DNA from: Sarea resinae
Taxonomy: Eukaryota
NCBI GenBank assembly: GCA_026026165.1
Contig: JAPEUD010000056.1
Span: forward strand, 1-64,000
Length of the DNA stretch: 64,000 bases
Direction: 5' to 3'
Shown here: one piece after another, positions 12,388 to 24,593 of the stretch
How positions within the stretch are numbered: the stretch's first letter is position 1
How the letters are laid out: each line of letters begins with the position of its first letter
The notes under the pieces: generated by a model
Seen by the model: only the letters and a program-made list of their open reading frames with translations
Database searches by the model: none
What the model was told of the DNA's origin: nothing
Position numbers and translations under genes: made by a program

Positions 12388-12789
12388 CTAAGGCAGTGTG
12401 TAGGTTTCATTGAGGGGTATTTGTGCAGATTTGGAGAGTTGTTCAAAGACATTCTGCAAGAACTTCCGTAGTGGGTATGAGTAGTTTAGGCAAAAGTCGT
12501 CGAACGTCTCAAAGCTTCCGCCCGCTTTCCTCTTCCGACGATTGACAATAGTCTCCAGAGTTGTCCATACATGGCGACGGGCCTCACCACATATGACAGT
12601 AAATGATTTTCTGCAAAATGCGTCGAACGTCTCTCGAACTACAGTTGTCCGGCGATCGACGATTCTGTCAACGGGCTCGGGTCTTACGCGAAAGGCACGC
12701 GACGTGGTGCCGAATATCGTCCTCATACCCATTACCCGGCAAATGCAAATCTTATCGATAAGCACCCGAGCCACTGAATCTTTTCCCAT
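12388..12789 (-). CDS. Hypothetical 133-aa ORF with an internal repeat (possibly a gene relic)
   Basis: ATG-initiated ORF with two copies of IVxRR...ETFDxFC. Starts only 97 bp from the CNS1 ATG. Confidence 0.2.
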   Translation of the reverse strand: MGKDSVARVLIDKICICRVMGMRTIFGTTSRAFRVRPEPVDRIVDRRTTVVRETFDAFCRKSFTVICGEARRHVWTTLETIVNRRKRKAGGSFETFDDFCLNYSYPLRKFLQNVFEQLSKSAQIPLNETYTLP

Positions 12790-12885
12790 GCGACCACTTT
12801 TTGCGAATGCGAGACTGCGGTTGAAACTCGCCCCACACCAGAAATATCAACATCCTGAATTCGCAGATCCTCCTCCCTCGCAAAC

Positions 12886-14350
12886 ATGGGCCAGATAGAA
12901 GAGCTCTCCGACGACTTTGATACGTCCATCGACCTCAACAGAACCGCCCCTCCATCCGCATCTCCCCAAAATGGCGCCCCCGACACGCCCGCCATCCCCG
13001 CCTCCGCATTCTCCCAATCCGTCCCCTTCCCCATCCGCAAAGACGGCGGCAAAAGCCAAGACGCCAAAGACAAGCTCACGCCGGATCTACCGCCGCAGAT
13101 GGAATCCGTGACCTCGCACACGGCGGACGAGGTGCTGGAGATGATGAACCGCACGCCGCTGTTCATGACCACGCTCGACGAGACGGACGGCTCGGGCGGC
13201 GAGAACGTCGAGCTCGAGGCCATCAAAGCCCTGGCGTACGAGGGCACCAAAGCCGAAATCGCGGCGAATTTCAAGGAGCAGGGGAATGAGTGTGTGCGCG
13301 CGAAGAACTGGAAAGATGCGAGGGAGTTTTATGACAGAGGCATAGTGGCGCTGAGACGGAAGCCGGGGCAGGGGAAGGAGGGCGAACCAGCGCCCGTGGC
13401 TGAGAAATCGAGTGAAGAGGAGGAGAAGGAGGATAAGAAGCTGTTGGAGGTGTTGCACGTCAACCGGGCCCTCTGCAATCTAGAGCTAAGTACGTGAAGA
13501 CAGAGACAGACAAAGTCCCCCTCCAACCACCCACCCCCGTCATTCTTCACATTTGGCAGTCACTCCCAAAGCTAATTCGCCAACGCCACCAGAAAACTAC
13601 CGTTCCACCAACCTCGACTGCGCCGCCGCCCTCACCCTCAACCCCACCAACATCAAAGCCCTCTACCGCTCCGCCCAAGCCTGTTTCGCGCTCTCCAAAA
13701 TCCCCGAAACACTCGACGCATGCACGCACGGGCTCGCCCTCGACCCCACCAACGCCGCCCTCCTCACCCTCCAACAAAAAGCCCTCGCCCAAAAAACCGC
13801 CCTGGACAGCAAAGCGCGCGCCAAACTCGCCGAACAACAGCAACGCGCCAAAGAAGCCGCGACGCTGAAGCTCGCCCTGAAAGCGCGCCAGATCGCCACG
13901 CGCACGACGACCTCGAACCCGCCCAGCGCCGAAGACGCCGTGCCGACGCTCCGGCCCGACCCCGCGTCGCCGACCTCGACCCTGCACGTCCCCGTGCTGG
14001 TCTACTACCCGCTGGCGCTGCAGTCGGACCTGCTGAAATCCGTGTCCGAGTTCGATACGCTGGCGTCGCATCTCGAGTACCTCTTGCCGCCGCCGTGGGA
14101 CACTTCGGCGGCGCACCACGACTACGCCGACCAGGCGGCCGTGACGGCCTACGCGCAGACCACCTCCGGCGGCCTGATGAAAGTCGGCAAGAAGGTCCCG
14201 CTGTACAAGGTGCTGGGCACGGGCAAGGTCGAGCTGGTGGACGGGTTCCTGAACGTCTTCGTCGTGCCGAATGCGCGGGCCGAGGAGTGGGTCGGCGAGT
14301 TCAGGGCCAAGGCCGAGAGGGAGGGGAAAAAAGGGGGCGCGAAGAAGTGA
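12886..14350 (+). CDS. CNS1: TPR co-chaperone Cns1/TTC4 (Hsp70/Hsp90)
   Basis: Exons 12886-13489 and 13593-14350. Motifs MNRTPLFMT, LEAIKALAYEG, NFKEQGNE, NRALCNLELKNYRS, NIKALYRSAQA and the C-terminal wheel-domain PVLVYYPLALQSD. Confidence 0.93.
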
Positions 14351-15386
14351 TTTTTGGAGGATGCCGGGGCTGGAAAGAAGAGAAACGGAAAGCAAGAGAC
14401 TCGATCGATCGATATATAGATAGATAGATAGACTGGGCTGGGCTGGGCTGGGCGGGCGGGCAGGGCTTCTGCGGCCCCCCTCCCCCCTCACCGAACGAGT
14501 GGGCTGGGCTCATGGTTGGCAATGCTACGCTTACGAGAGAACGTGATAGGGGTTAAAGACGTCTCTCTGCAAAGAACTACCAAATATCGGCTGGGAAAGT
14601 GCGACGAAAAAGACCCCATCGCACATTCTATCAAGTTTCCACCTCGCCCACAATTATACCATCAGTATTCACCTGACTCGCTCAACGTGTTCATCTTGGG
14701 TATTGAAAGACTGGATCGATCTATCTATCTAATCTGGGATGAACGGCCCCCCAAAACAGACGCAACTTGGGCCCTTGTTGAGGTGTCGTCGTAACGCGGG
14801 AGCAGCTCGATTCCATCCATCCATCCCGCTATATAGGTATACCTCTCTATATTTTTTCCTGTTATCCGAGACCTTGGTGCGGGCGTAGATGTCACATGAC
14901 ACCTGTCCAGTGCTGGTTACCCATGTTCTTGTCTGTCGTTCGTTGATCCAAGAGCGCGTTCGTATCGATTCCCTATCCCTTCTTTGGGGTTTGTTCCTTG
15001 TGTCTCCTCTTCGACAGCTGTGTTGTTGCTGCCCATAATCAAACATGAAACAAAACGGTTACTTTGGGCGCTCTCGCTTGGACGTCATACTTCGTATACT
15101 AGGTATATGATGGCTGTATCAAAAAGACTCAGGACAGCCGACATGATGGCTGGCGGGCGCCGGCCCTATAGTCTGGACTGCTTTGGTCCGCGTGCTCTTG
15201 GGAGAAATACTTCTACTCAGACTTCATCCTCAGGGTCGCGGTACGTTGGGGCGCAGCTCCTGCGAAGGCTGAGCTCAATGGAGCGACAGAAGAATCCGAT
15301 TAAAGACGGAGCCGCGGAGATGGGATGGATTGGTGATGCATAAAGTCATGGCTAGGTTATTCATAAATGTGGCTTTCGTTCAGAGC

Positions 15387-16826
15387 TCAAGCGCCCGTAT
15401 TCTGCCGGGGCAACTGCATGGACATTCCTTGGAACTGCGGTGGAAATCCGGGTTGCTGTCCCTGCCCGGAATTCGGAGTCATCCCGCCCTGTAGCGCAGC
15501 CGCGGCGGCCCTATGCTGAGCAGCAGAATTACTCGCTTGCTTTTGTCCCGGTGACGTCGTCGACCCTGGCTTGACATCGGGGAAGAGTCTCTGGAGCTTT
15601 GCGTATGTCTCCCCCAGAGCGGGTAGATGTGCGGGCGCATCCATGATGGCGGGACAGGGAGGTATTGAGGAGGCTGGTTTGCGGTAGCGGTCCGCGATCG
15701 AGGCCAGATAGGCTAAATTCGCTTGGAGACGTCGCATGCATCTTTGAAACGATATAAGCTACAGGCCATGGAAAATATCCAGACATTGTGAGGACAACTT
15801 ACTCGAGATATTCTCGCGATGGAGGCCGAGCTGGCTTTGCTTCGGCTGGTTTGTCATCTTCGGGTTTTGCCTGCCCAGCACCGGGTCCCGCGGCCGGACC
15901 TTGACCAGGTATGCCGGCCTTGCCTTGCGTTTGAAGATTGACGACTTCCTGCAGCAGATCCCGGTTGATTTCGAGAAGTGTGGTCACACGCTCTCTTTCT
16001 CTTGTCTGCGATGCAGGAGAAAGAGGCGGCTGGAACGATTTATGGGCGGAATTCGAAGGGGACATTTGTGGTGGAGGTATTTGCGGTTGTGGTGGCGCGG
16101 GAGCGGACATTGGCGGCTGCGGCTGCGGCGGCGGCGGTTGATGCTGCTGATGTTGATGTTGTTGCTGTTGCTGCTGCTGCTGCTGCTGTCGTTGTTGAAG
16201 CAGTTGCAGTTGTTGTTGTTGCTGCTGTTGCTGTTGCTGCTGCTGTTGCTGCTGTTGCAGTAATTGATGCTGCTGAGAGAGGTACTGCTTGGGAGTCGGA
16301 GACTGATTCGGATACGAAGGGGATAGAGATGTCCGGTAGTGCGGCGCAGGTTGCGAGGGAGTTGACGTCGGCGTTGGCTGTAAGGGCTGAGAGAATGGCG
16401 CGTTTGGATAGGGACCCTGGGGACCTAGCGCGTGGCAGGCATGTCAGCCTTGTTCTCGAAGAAGATGGTGAGAAGAGTGAAAGCGGAGGACATACTTCCC
16501 ATGCGTGGTTGTTGCGGCTGCATCCCCGCGGGTATCATCCCCCCACCGGCCATCATATTCCCCGGTCCCACGCCCATGCCCACTCCCATGGGGATCCCAG
16601 CAGGACCGGCGGGGCCATACTGCTGCTGTACCTGAGGGTAAGGGCCGCCGAAGATCTGCTGCTGTGGCTGCTGCGGCTGCTGCTGCTGCTGCTGCTGAGG
16701 AGGGAGCTGTGGGTGGCCATGGAAGGTCTGTGGATTGGCATTACTGCGGAGCTGCTGCTGTTGCTGCAGCTGTTGCTGCTGGGAAAAGGCGGCCGGATTG
16801 TAAGCAGCTTGGTAGTTCATGTTCAT
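15387..16826 (-). CDS. Gln/Pro-rich protein with an SS18/SSXT (SNH)-like domain; putative SWI/SNF-associated coactivator
   Basis: Exons 16826-16496, 16424-15803 and 15741-15387. ERVTTLLEINRDLLQEV...EYLECMRRLQANLAYLASIAD matches the SSXT pattern (LLxxN...LQxNLxYLAxxAD). Long CAG/CAA polyQ tracts. Confidence 0.75.
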
Positions 16827-18506
16827 CCTTGCATCATGGTCATCGGACGGAAGCCAGGCCAGATAGTGCGGTCTGATAGGATAAGATGCTCTGATATGGC
16901 CGAGTCTGTATAGCGCCGATCAGGAGTGGGAGGGGGGTCGAGAGAATGATGGGAGCAGGGGAGCAGGGGGTGGGTGCCGGGGTGGGGATGGCTGGTTCGA
17001 GATTGGGATTGGGGGGGAAGAGGGAGGGGGGGGGGGGAGGGGGGAGAGAAGAAGATTGGCGTCGCGATGGCGTCGAAAGGACTCGAGAATAGGCTGAGAT
17101 GTGTGTAATGGCGGCTACCAGGGGTGTGGTTGGGGAAAGCGTATGGAGTATTCGTCGCAGTAGCAGAGTGGTGGTGGAGTGGTGGAACGGCCGTGGAACA
17201 GCAGTCGCAACAAGGCATCAGAAGAGAAGAGAAGTCGGGGGCAAATGGGGGCAAATGGGGACAAATGGGACGACACGAGACAGCGGAATCTTTCTCGTCT
17301 ACGGAGAGAGAGAGAGGGAGAGATGCCTTGGCTGACTACGGAGAAGAGTACTACTACTACTGCCTGCTTGAGGTACCTTACATGCTCGACCGAGTGGGCA
17401 AGGTACGGGGCTCTACGCTGGTCACACGTTGCGGTGGCAGACTGCGAGCGAGGCAGCATGTACTACGAGGTACCCGGCTGCACTGGTGCCCATACGACGA
17501 TACTTCCGTAGGTAGTCGCTGGGTCGCCGGGACTCGCGAGAATTGTGGGGGCACCACGGCCGCGCGACGAGACCCTCGACACTCGACGGTGCCACGACGG
17601 AACGCGGCGGACGCCAGATGCGGCGACGTCTTCATGCAGGGCGGGCGACTAGTGGACTTCTATCCAGTGGAGGGAGATGAGGGTACAAGGAGAAGAAAGC
17701 CCAAAGGGGATCCATCGGTCGCCCGCTTTGGAGGTGCGTGGTGCGGTGCAGGGTCGACGGTGGTGTCGTCGATGGCCGAAGGGAGGAGATGGATCCCAGT
17801 GGGATTGTGATTGTGATTGTGATGTGATGGGGAGTGGAGCGGAGTGCAGTGGAGTGGATGGGTGGGCATGGATGAGATGAGATGCAGCTACCACGAGTAA
17901 TCAGGATGGATCAACTACTATACTCTCAAGGACTGCTGTCTTCCACCGCGGGCAGGCTGCACGCCATCGGCTGCACGCCAGCGACCAAAGGAGCAAAGTC
18001 AGCCGGCAGCTCGAGATGGAGACCACTTCATCCCCACCGAAGCCGCCCGCAGACGCCCGCCCTGACCTCTAGGGCTCCGGGACCTTGACCTGGACCTGGA
18101 CCTTGACCCTGCCCCTAACCTGGTCGGTGCCGTTGATGCTGATCGTACCGTGGCGGTCGATGCCGATCCGACAAGTTTGCTGGCAATATCACATCAAATG
18201 AATCCAAGTGTGGCCTCGGCAGATGACCTCTTATTTGATATCATCCCGTCAGTGATACGAGATTCGGAGCAAGAGGGAGAAGAGGGAGAAGGGAGATTGA
18301 CAGCAGTACCCGCACCTCGTACCTTCAATGTTGGTAGGGCTCGCTCGCATATGATAAGATCATCTCGATTCGTGATACTGCAGTAATATCTACCAATCCA
18401 TCGACACCACCAGAGGCACATCCAGGCTCTTTTGGACGACACCTTACCTAGTCTCCACATCCATTCGTAGCATCGGCCAGTCTCGAGCATCGCTGCCGTA
18501 TGGGCC

Positions 18507-20964
18507 ATGTCCGGTGGGTCGAGTCCTCCAAAGCGGCCATGTGCACAGGCAATCACGGCACGACTGATCTTGCAAATGAATCCGAATAGCACGCGGGGGA
18601 GGTCGTGGTCGAGGAGCTAACTATAGAGCTCTGTACGGGGGCGGTGGTGGCGGACGCGGGAGAGGGCGTGGCGGCCAATCTCATGCGCAGCAGGATGTGC
18701 CCCCCCGTACTCCCAATGGGACGAGGGATTGGGAGACGCTTTCGCGCGAGCTGAACAGCATTGACGGTCAACAGTACGGTAAGGGCTCTGTATTTACGGG
18801 AATCGTCTCGATGGCGTTGGATGTGATGTGATATCCATGTCCAAGATCACGGCTCGTGTTCCTGCCCCAATTTGCCGTGCAACGTTCTCATCCTTTCGGT
18901 CCGCGCGCTCGAGAACAGTCCTAATGGCTCATCGAACTGATCTGTCTCAGGCCAATATAAAAGACTGGGTATGAGATCTGCCAAGATGGATGCGGCCAGG
19001 CAACTTGCTGACACCGCCCTGCGCTGAAGTCGGGCAATACGAGCATAGCTCACCAAGCTTTACACTCGCCATTGACCATGTCCAAGCAGACGCCTATGCG
19101 CCGCCTTCTCGAATTCGTGCTATTTTGCCCTTGGTAAGAGAGTGCTTGATGACTGTCCATTGAAGGTACTGAATTCTCCCTCTAAAGGCCGTCGCCGGGT
19201 TTCCCGATGAGCTATGGAAAGAAAAAGTCAGGAGGATTGCTTTGGCCGATTATGTCACCCGAACTGCAGCCGCTTTCATCAGGAATAAGCACATGGATGA
19301 AGCTGTTTCTGGTGAGCATGGGGGCGGTGGCGGCGGCTGGGCTGGCCCGAAAGGAGGCACATTCAACATCAACGCGCCCGGCCAAGAAGTCCTAGAACGA
19401 ACGAGCTGTGTAATCAGAACGGCAACAGCAGACGATCATCTTTCTCGAGGCACCATCGAGCTCCGTTTCACCGTGGCTTTACCCGCCAGAGGACGCACAA
19501 TTCTAGGCCGAGAAGCTCACCGAATACTTGCTGGGAATCTTCCTCTCTTGATCAAACAAAGCGTTCTCTGGATGAACCAGGATCAGCAAGCGCTCATCCA
19601 GCATATACGCACCATTGAAGACCAGGAAGGCCTACGATCTCAGCTGAAACCGAATGGGTTGGTTGCGTTTGTGGCTAACGGCTCGATTCTTCCCCGTGCG
19701 AGCGGAGCCTCATCGCTGCCGATGACAGGAAATGGTGTTGTTCCCTTCCAATCACCGTCCGATCTAGAGCTTGAGCTAGTGACCCCAAATGGAGGCTCTG
19801 TCAGGGGGATGGGAATTCCTCGAGGAATCACGGTACTATCCGGAGGAGGCTTTCATGGGAAGTCGACCCTGCTCGAAGCCCTTGAGCTGGGTGTCTACAA
19901 CCACATATCTGGCGATGGACGAGAGAGCGTGGTTACCGATCCGACCGCTGTCAAGATTCGCGCTGAGGATGGACGGAATGTTAGTGGGGTGGACATAAGC
20001 CCCTTGATTTCTGGACTTCCCGGCGGCAAGGATACCAGCCATTACAGCAGCGAAGTGTGTCCACGCCATTCTGTGCTTGAGCACTACAATGTAGGAGTTG
20101 TTCCATAGGCTGATCCGAATCTCGCAGGACGCCAGCGGCTCCACCTCTATGGCTGCCAACATCCAAGAAGCCCTCTCCCTTGGTTGCACCGCTCTCCTGA
20201 TCGATGAAGACTCGAGCGCAACCAATCTCCTCGTCCGCGACCAGAGAATGCAAGCCTTGATCCAGAACGAGACCATCACGCCGCTTGTCTCGAAAGTGCG
20301 CGCCTTGTACGCGCAACACGGCGTCAGCACCATCATCGTCATCGGTGGCTGCGGAGACTGTAAGTCTGGTCATCTCCTTTTGCCCCCTCACCACCTCCGC
20401 CGAAAACATCTACTAAATCTGGCATCCTCAGACCTCTCCGTGGCCGATCTCGTTCTCGTCCTGTCGTCCTACACCCCTACGAACCTCACCGCGCGGGCCT
20501 CGCAAATCGTCCAGGTCTACCCGACCTCTCTCACCGAACACGCTTCCTACGGCGCCCTGCCCGGCCACCGCACCCCGACCCTCCCCGCCTCTCTCCTCTC
20601 CAACCGCCCTCCGGCCGCACGAGGCAAGTCATTCATCTCGCTCCCCGCGCCGCACTACGGGCCGAAAGACCCCTCGGCCTCGGAGCCCGGCGTCGACATC
20701 AGCGGGCTCGTGCAGCTCGTCGAGGCCGGCCAGGCCAACCTGGCCGCGCACGTCATCCGCTGGCTTGCGCGTCGGCAGAGCGAAGGCGAGCCCGAGGGAA
20801 ACAGGCCGTTGGGCGAGGTGCTGGGAGAGGTTGGAAGGCTGCTCGAGGCGGAGGGGCTGGATGCCGTGCAGGCTGCTGATGAGGGCCGGCTCGGCGGCGA
20901 TCTGGTCTTCACGAGGGCGTTGGAGCTCGGGGGCGTCTTGGGCCGCATCAGGGGCACTTCTTAG
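18507..20964 (+). CDS. Predicted ABC-class P-loop ATPase (bacterial ABC_ATPase / MRB1590-like family) with an RGG-rich N-terminus
   Basis: Manual model with about 6 introns, including an 18-nt micro-exon at 18951-18968. Motifs LNSIDGQQYGQYKRL, IDHVQADAYAPPSR, PGQEVLERTS, LPARGRTILG, FVANGSILPRASG, Walker A GGGFHGKST, KIRAEDGR, DASGSTSMAANIQEAL and Walker B LLIDEDSSATN. The start codon is inferred. Confidence 0.85.
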
Positions 20965-21889
20965 CTTTAGCTAGGTAGTCAAGGGTAGTTAGAACGGCTT
21001 ACTATGGGGTCCCTACTAAAGCCCCACGGACGCTCGTACTGAAGAATGAAGACCGACCGACAATCACACACGCACAACCCGCCGGCCTTTCGTCGTGCAA
21101 GATCACGACACCCCCCTTCCGACTCGACCCATCCCAGCTAGACCAACAACCTCTACATGAACCCCATCACCCCTCGTCACCCGCAGAAATGCAGAAAACT
21201 TAACCATAACTCCTCCCATCCAGTTCCAGACGGCCTTTTCCTCGCCAGTCCGGTCTCACACTCACACCACCACCACCGACGAGGACGACGACGACGACGA
21301 CGATGGCGGAAGCTCCCTTCTTGCTTGCTGGCCTGCCTGCTTGCGGGAAAAGAAAGGAAAAGAAATCAAAACAAAAGAAGGTTGCGGGGTTTTATTTTAT
21401 TTTACCTTTTTTTTTCTTCGTTCGGTCATGATCATGTTGTATCAATTCCTTGCCTTGCCTTGCCTTGCCTTGCCTTGCCGTGCGTGGAATACATCTATGG
21501 ATAGATAGATAGATAGATATAGAATGTCCTCATGCGTGGAATGTCACTGGTTTTTTCAGTAGAAGTGGGGGGTTGGAAGAGCTTGATGATTTGGAGTACG
21601 CTGGTAATTTTCATGTTTTGGTCATAATCTTATGATCACAGTGGGTGGGTAGGTAGGTAGGTAGGTAGGCGAGCGCTATTCATTCCATGTCGTGACAGCA
21701 ATGAGATCGTAAAACGTGTCGAGCCGAGTTAAGAGACAGCTTCAAGTTGATTCGAAGAAAAGAAAGAATAAAAGCATAGACAAGCTTCGTGAGCGACGTA
21801 CAATCAATCAATCAATCAATCAAGCATTAAGCAGGACGCCAGCTAGTACGGACGAACGAACGAACGAACGAGCGAACGGACGGACCAGA

Positions 21890-22984
21890 TCAAGGAACCC
21901 AATTGACTCCCGCAACCCAAACCTGCTGGATCGACCGGGTGGCCCGGATGTCCTTGATAGGATCGCCCGACACGAGCAACAGATCCGCGCGTTTGCCCGG
22001 ACAGATGAGCCCGCGGTCCCAGAGGCCGAATTTCTGCGCCGGGAGGATCGTCGCCGCGCGCAGGGCGTCCACGGTCGAGAGGCCCGCGTTGACAAGGAGC
22101 TCGAGCTCGTGGTGGAGGGTCTCGCCGTGTGCGGGCGCAGCGGGAGCGTTGGGCGTGGTGTTGGCGTCCGTGCCGGCGAGGATGGGGATGTGGGCTTCGT
22201 GGAGGTTGCGGACCGAGTGCCGGGCGTTGTTGTAGTCGGCGGAAAGCGCGCCCATTTTCTTGGCGAGGGCCTCCATCATGGTGAGCGTGGGGATCACGCA
22301 GCGCTGTCCGGAGGCGATGTTGCTGACCATCTCGCCTTCGATGCGGCCGGAGAGCGGGACGTGCGTTATCATGTTGACCTGAGCGTCGTGGGCGACCTTC
22401 CAGCCGGGCATGCTGGTGGCGTGCGCGACGGTCAGTTTGCCTAGCTGGTGGGCCGAGGCCACGACAGCATTGATGACGGCGGGGTCGATCTTTGGGTCGG
22501 AGGGCAGGTTCTCGGCGATGACTTTGATGTAGTCTGATCCTTCGGAGACGCGGTCTGCTACCCATTGCGGGGCGTCCGCGGCCGTCTCCACGTTGCCCAG
22601 CGGGGGGAAGCCCGCGCGGTGATAGGTAGCTGCCACCCCGGCGCTGAGGAGGTCAGTAAGGCCGTTCTGGCCGGCTTTTTCGCGCAGCTGGGCCAGAAGG
22701 CTCGGCGGGAAGCACTCCATGTCCATGACCGTGGTGACGCCGTAGTTGCGCATTTCGGTCAATTGCTCGACGGCGGAGATGTGCGCATGCGCGTCGATGA
22801 GCCCGGGCAGCAGGACCCCGCCGTGGCCGTCCACGACGTAAGCTCCCGTGGAGTCGAACCCGATTCGATCGCCATCGATGACCACCGTGCCTGGGTCAAG
22901 GAGTCGATATCCGTCAAAGACGCGAACGTTGATGAGGGCCGTCTTTCTCTTTTCGCGGACGTAAATAACGGGCTGTTGATACAT
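21890..22984 (-). CDS. Metal-dependent amidohydrolase (amidohydro_1-type TIM barrel)
   Basis: Single-exon ORF (open from 23170; likely start at 22984). Complete motif set: NVRVFDG, PGLIDAHAH, DYIKV, VAHA, THV, ILAGTDA, GKRADLLLV. Confidence 0.9.
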   Translation of the reverse strand: MYQQPVIYVREKRKTALINVRVFDGYRLLDPGTVVIDGDRIGFDSTGAYVVDGHGGVLLPGLIDAHAHISAVEQLTEMRNYGVTTVMDMECFPPSLLAQLREKAGQNGLTDLLSAGVAATYHRAGFPPLGNVETAADAPQWVADRVSEGSDYIKVIAENLPSDPKIDPAVINAVVASAHQLGKLTVAHATSMPGWKVAHDAQVNMITHVPLSGRIEGEMVSNIASGQRCVIPTLTMMEALAKKMGALSADYNNARHSVRNLHEAHIPILAGTDANTTPNAPAAPAHGETLHHELELLVNAGLSTVDALRAATILPAQKFGLWDRGLICPGKRADLLLVSGDPIKDIRATRSIQQVWVAGVNWVP

Positions 22985-24593
22985 GACTGTGTCCGCGGCT
23001 CCAGTCTCTTCATCGGCCGTGTCTATCTCGTACGGTGGTGGACCGTTGATGGCCCTGGACAAGATAGGTAGTATCTGCCGGTGCGCCGGCATGGGCGGGC
23101 GAGAGTCCTGAGGATTGCTTAGAATGGTCATGATGGTGGCCGAATCCGAACTCTCCAGATTGAAAGTCATGATGGCGACTATAAATGAACGATGCCACGT
23201 ACTGAAGCGCGAAAGCTGAACGGATTGCGCGTGCAGAAGTTAGTGGGGTAGTGGCGGCAATGATACACAGCAGATTGAATATGCTCCTTTTGGTCAAGAA
23301 TCGCCACCCTCTTCCCTTTGAAGGGATTTTGAATCGAAGATCGAGGTGGCATCAATTGCCCTGGGGCGTTCTCAATCCGCTTTTTCGACACACGACGTCT
23401 GGCGTCGTACGACACGCAAACGATGTTCGGGGTGACGTCTAAAGCGACAGGACTGGATACTTATCTTCGACCACGGCCCTGGATTCCCATTTCTTTGTCC
23501 TTGCGCCACCTGGTCATTCTACATTCTTCGACTTTGACGATCAAGACGTCCAGGAATCTGACCACGGCCGCAGCGGCTTCTCAAGCAGCGACGTCCAGAT
23601 CGGTTGGAGATATCCGGGCCAGTGAAACCTGCACGCTTCCGATGCGGCGCGTGTGATTTCCACGCCCATCTTGACGAGACGCTCGTTTCGACTCCGAGTA
23701 GAAGATGCTGTGATAAGGAGGCCGTTGCGACACCATCGCATCGTCTTTTCGGCATGACCGGGCCTAGGCAATCTACGTCCTAGGAACGGGGTCTTCTCTC
23801 ACCATGGCACGTTAGCACGTTGTCGAGATCGTCGGTCAGTGGTACAGCTTGGACACAGGAAGGTCAGATCTGCTCGATGTCTTCGCATTTGGTTTCGAGG
23901 TTCCCGACGACGCTACTATGTCGTGCTAATCGCGGGAGCAACCTTATCCATCCGATCTTTCCCCACTTGAGGAACGGCTCGCGCTTCGTCTCGTAGCACA
24001 GACTACAGCCTTTCTTGATCTTCTTGCATGCTCTTCTCCGCAAGAGAACATCGGCCATCTCATTATCAGAGTCCTACAGAGATATACTACGCGGTCATTG
24101 TTGTCACTGCCAGCTCCTGCTGAGCCGATTCACGTGCGGACTAGAGGCTGCTTACCTTATTGGCGGACGATTCCGTGACTGCGCCTACTACTCAATATGC
24201 CTATATGCATGGAGATTTGGCATCAGGTCATCTTCGCAAGATCGCCATATGTCGAAAGCTCGATAGAGGCCGGCATAAGAGTCACCGTAAGGCTTTTGCG
24301 AGGCTGAAGGCACGGCTGGACTGGGTCGGCGGCTGTGCCACCAATCGCTTTCCAAAATGATGGGCAATCCAATCGACATGAAGCATTCCTCTTCGCCGCA
24401 ATACTTTGCTACAGGCCATTGTCGGCGCACAAAAGCGGGGGACTGCAGGATAGTTGCAGGCAACCATCAATGCCCGTTCAAATAGATGGGCTGTCCCCTC
24501 CGTACAACCTCGTTACGGCTTTTTCGAAGAGGTATCACGAATCTGCAGTACGACCACGCTTGAAGATTTCAGCCGTTCGTGAACTATTGAGCT

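Noticed and set aside
13547..14491. 314-aa minus-strand ORF and other long ORFs overlapping CNS1, the amidohydrolase and the polyQ gene
   Set aside because: Expected stop-poor shadow frames of high-GC or CAG-repeat coding sequence.
21890..22984. Recent bacterial horizontal transfer of the intronless, GC-rich amidohydrolase
   Set aside because: The housekeeping gene CNS1 is similarly GC-rich, and such amidohydrolases are common in fungi; composition alone is not evidence without a phylogeny.
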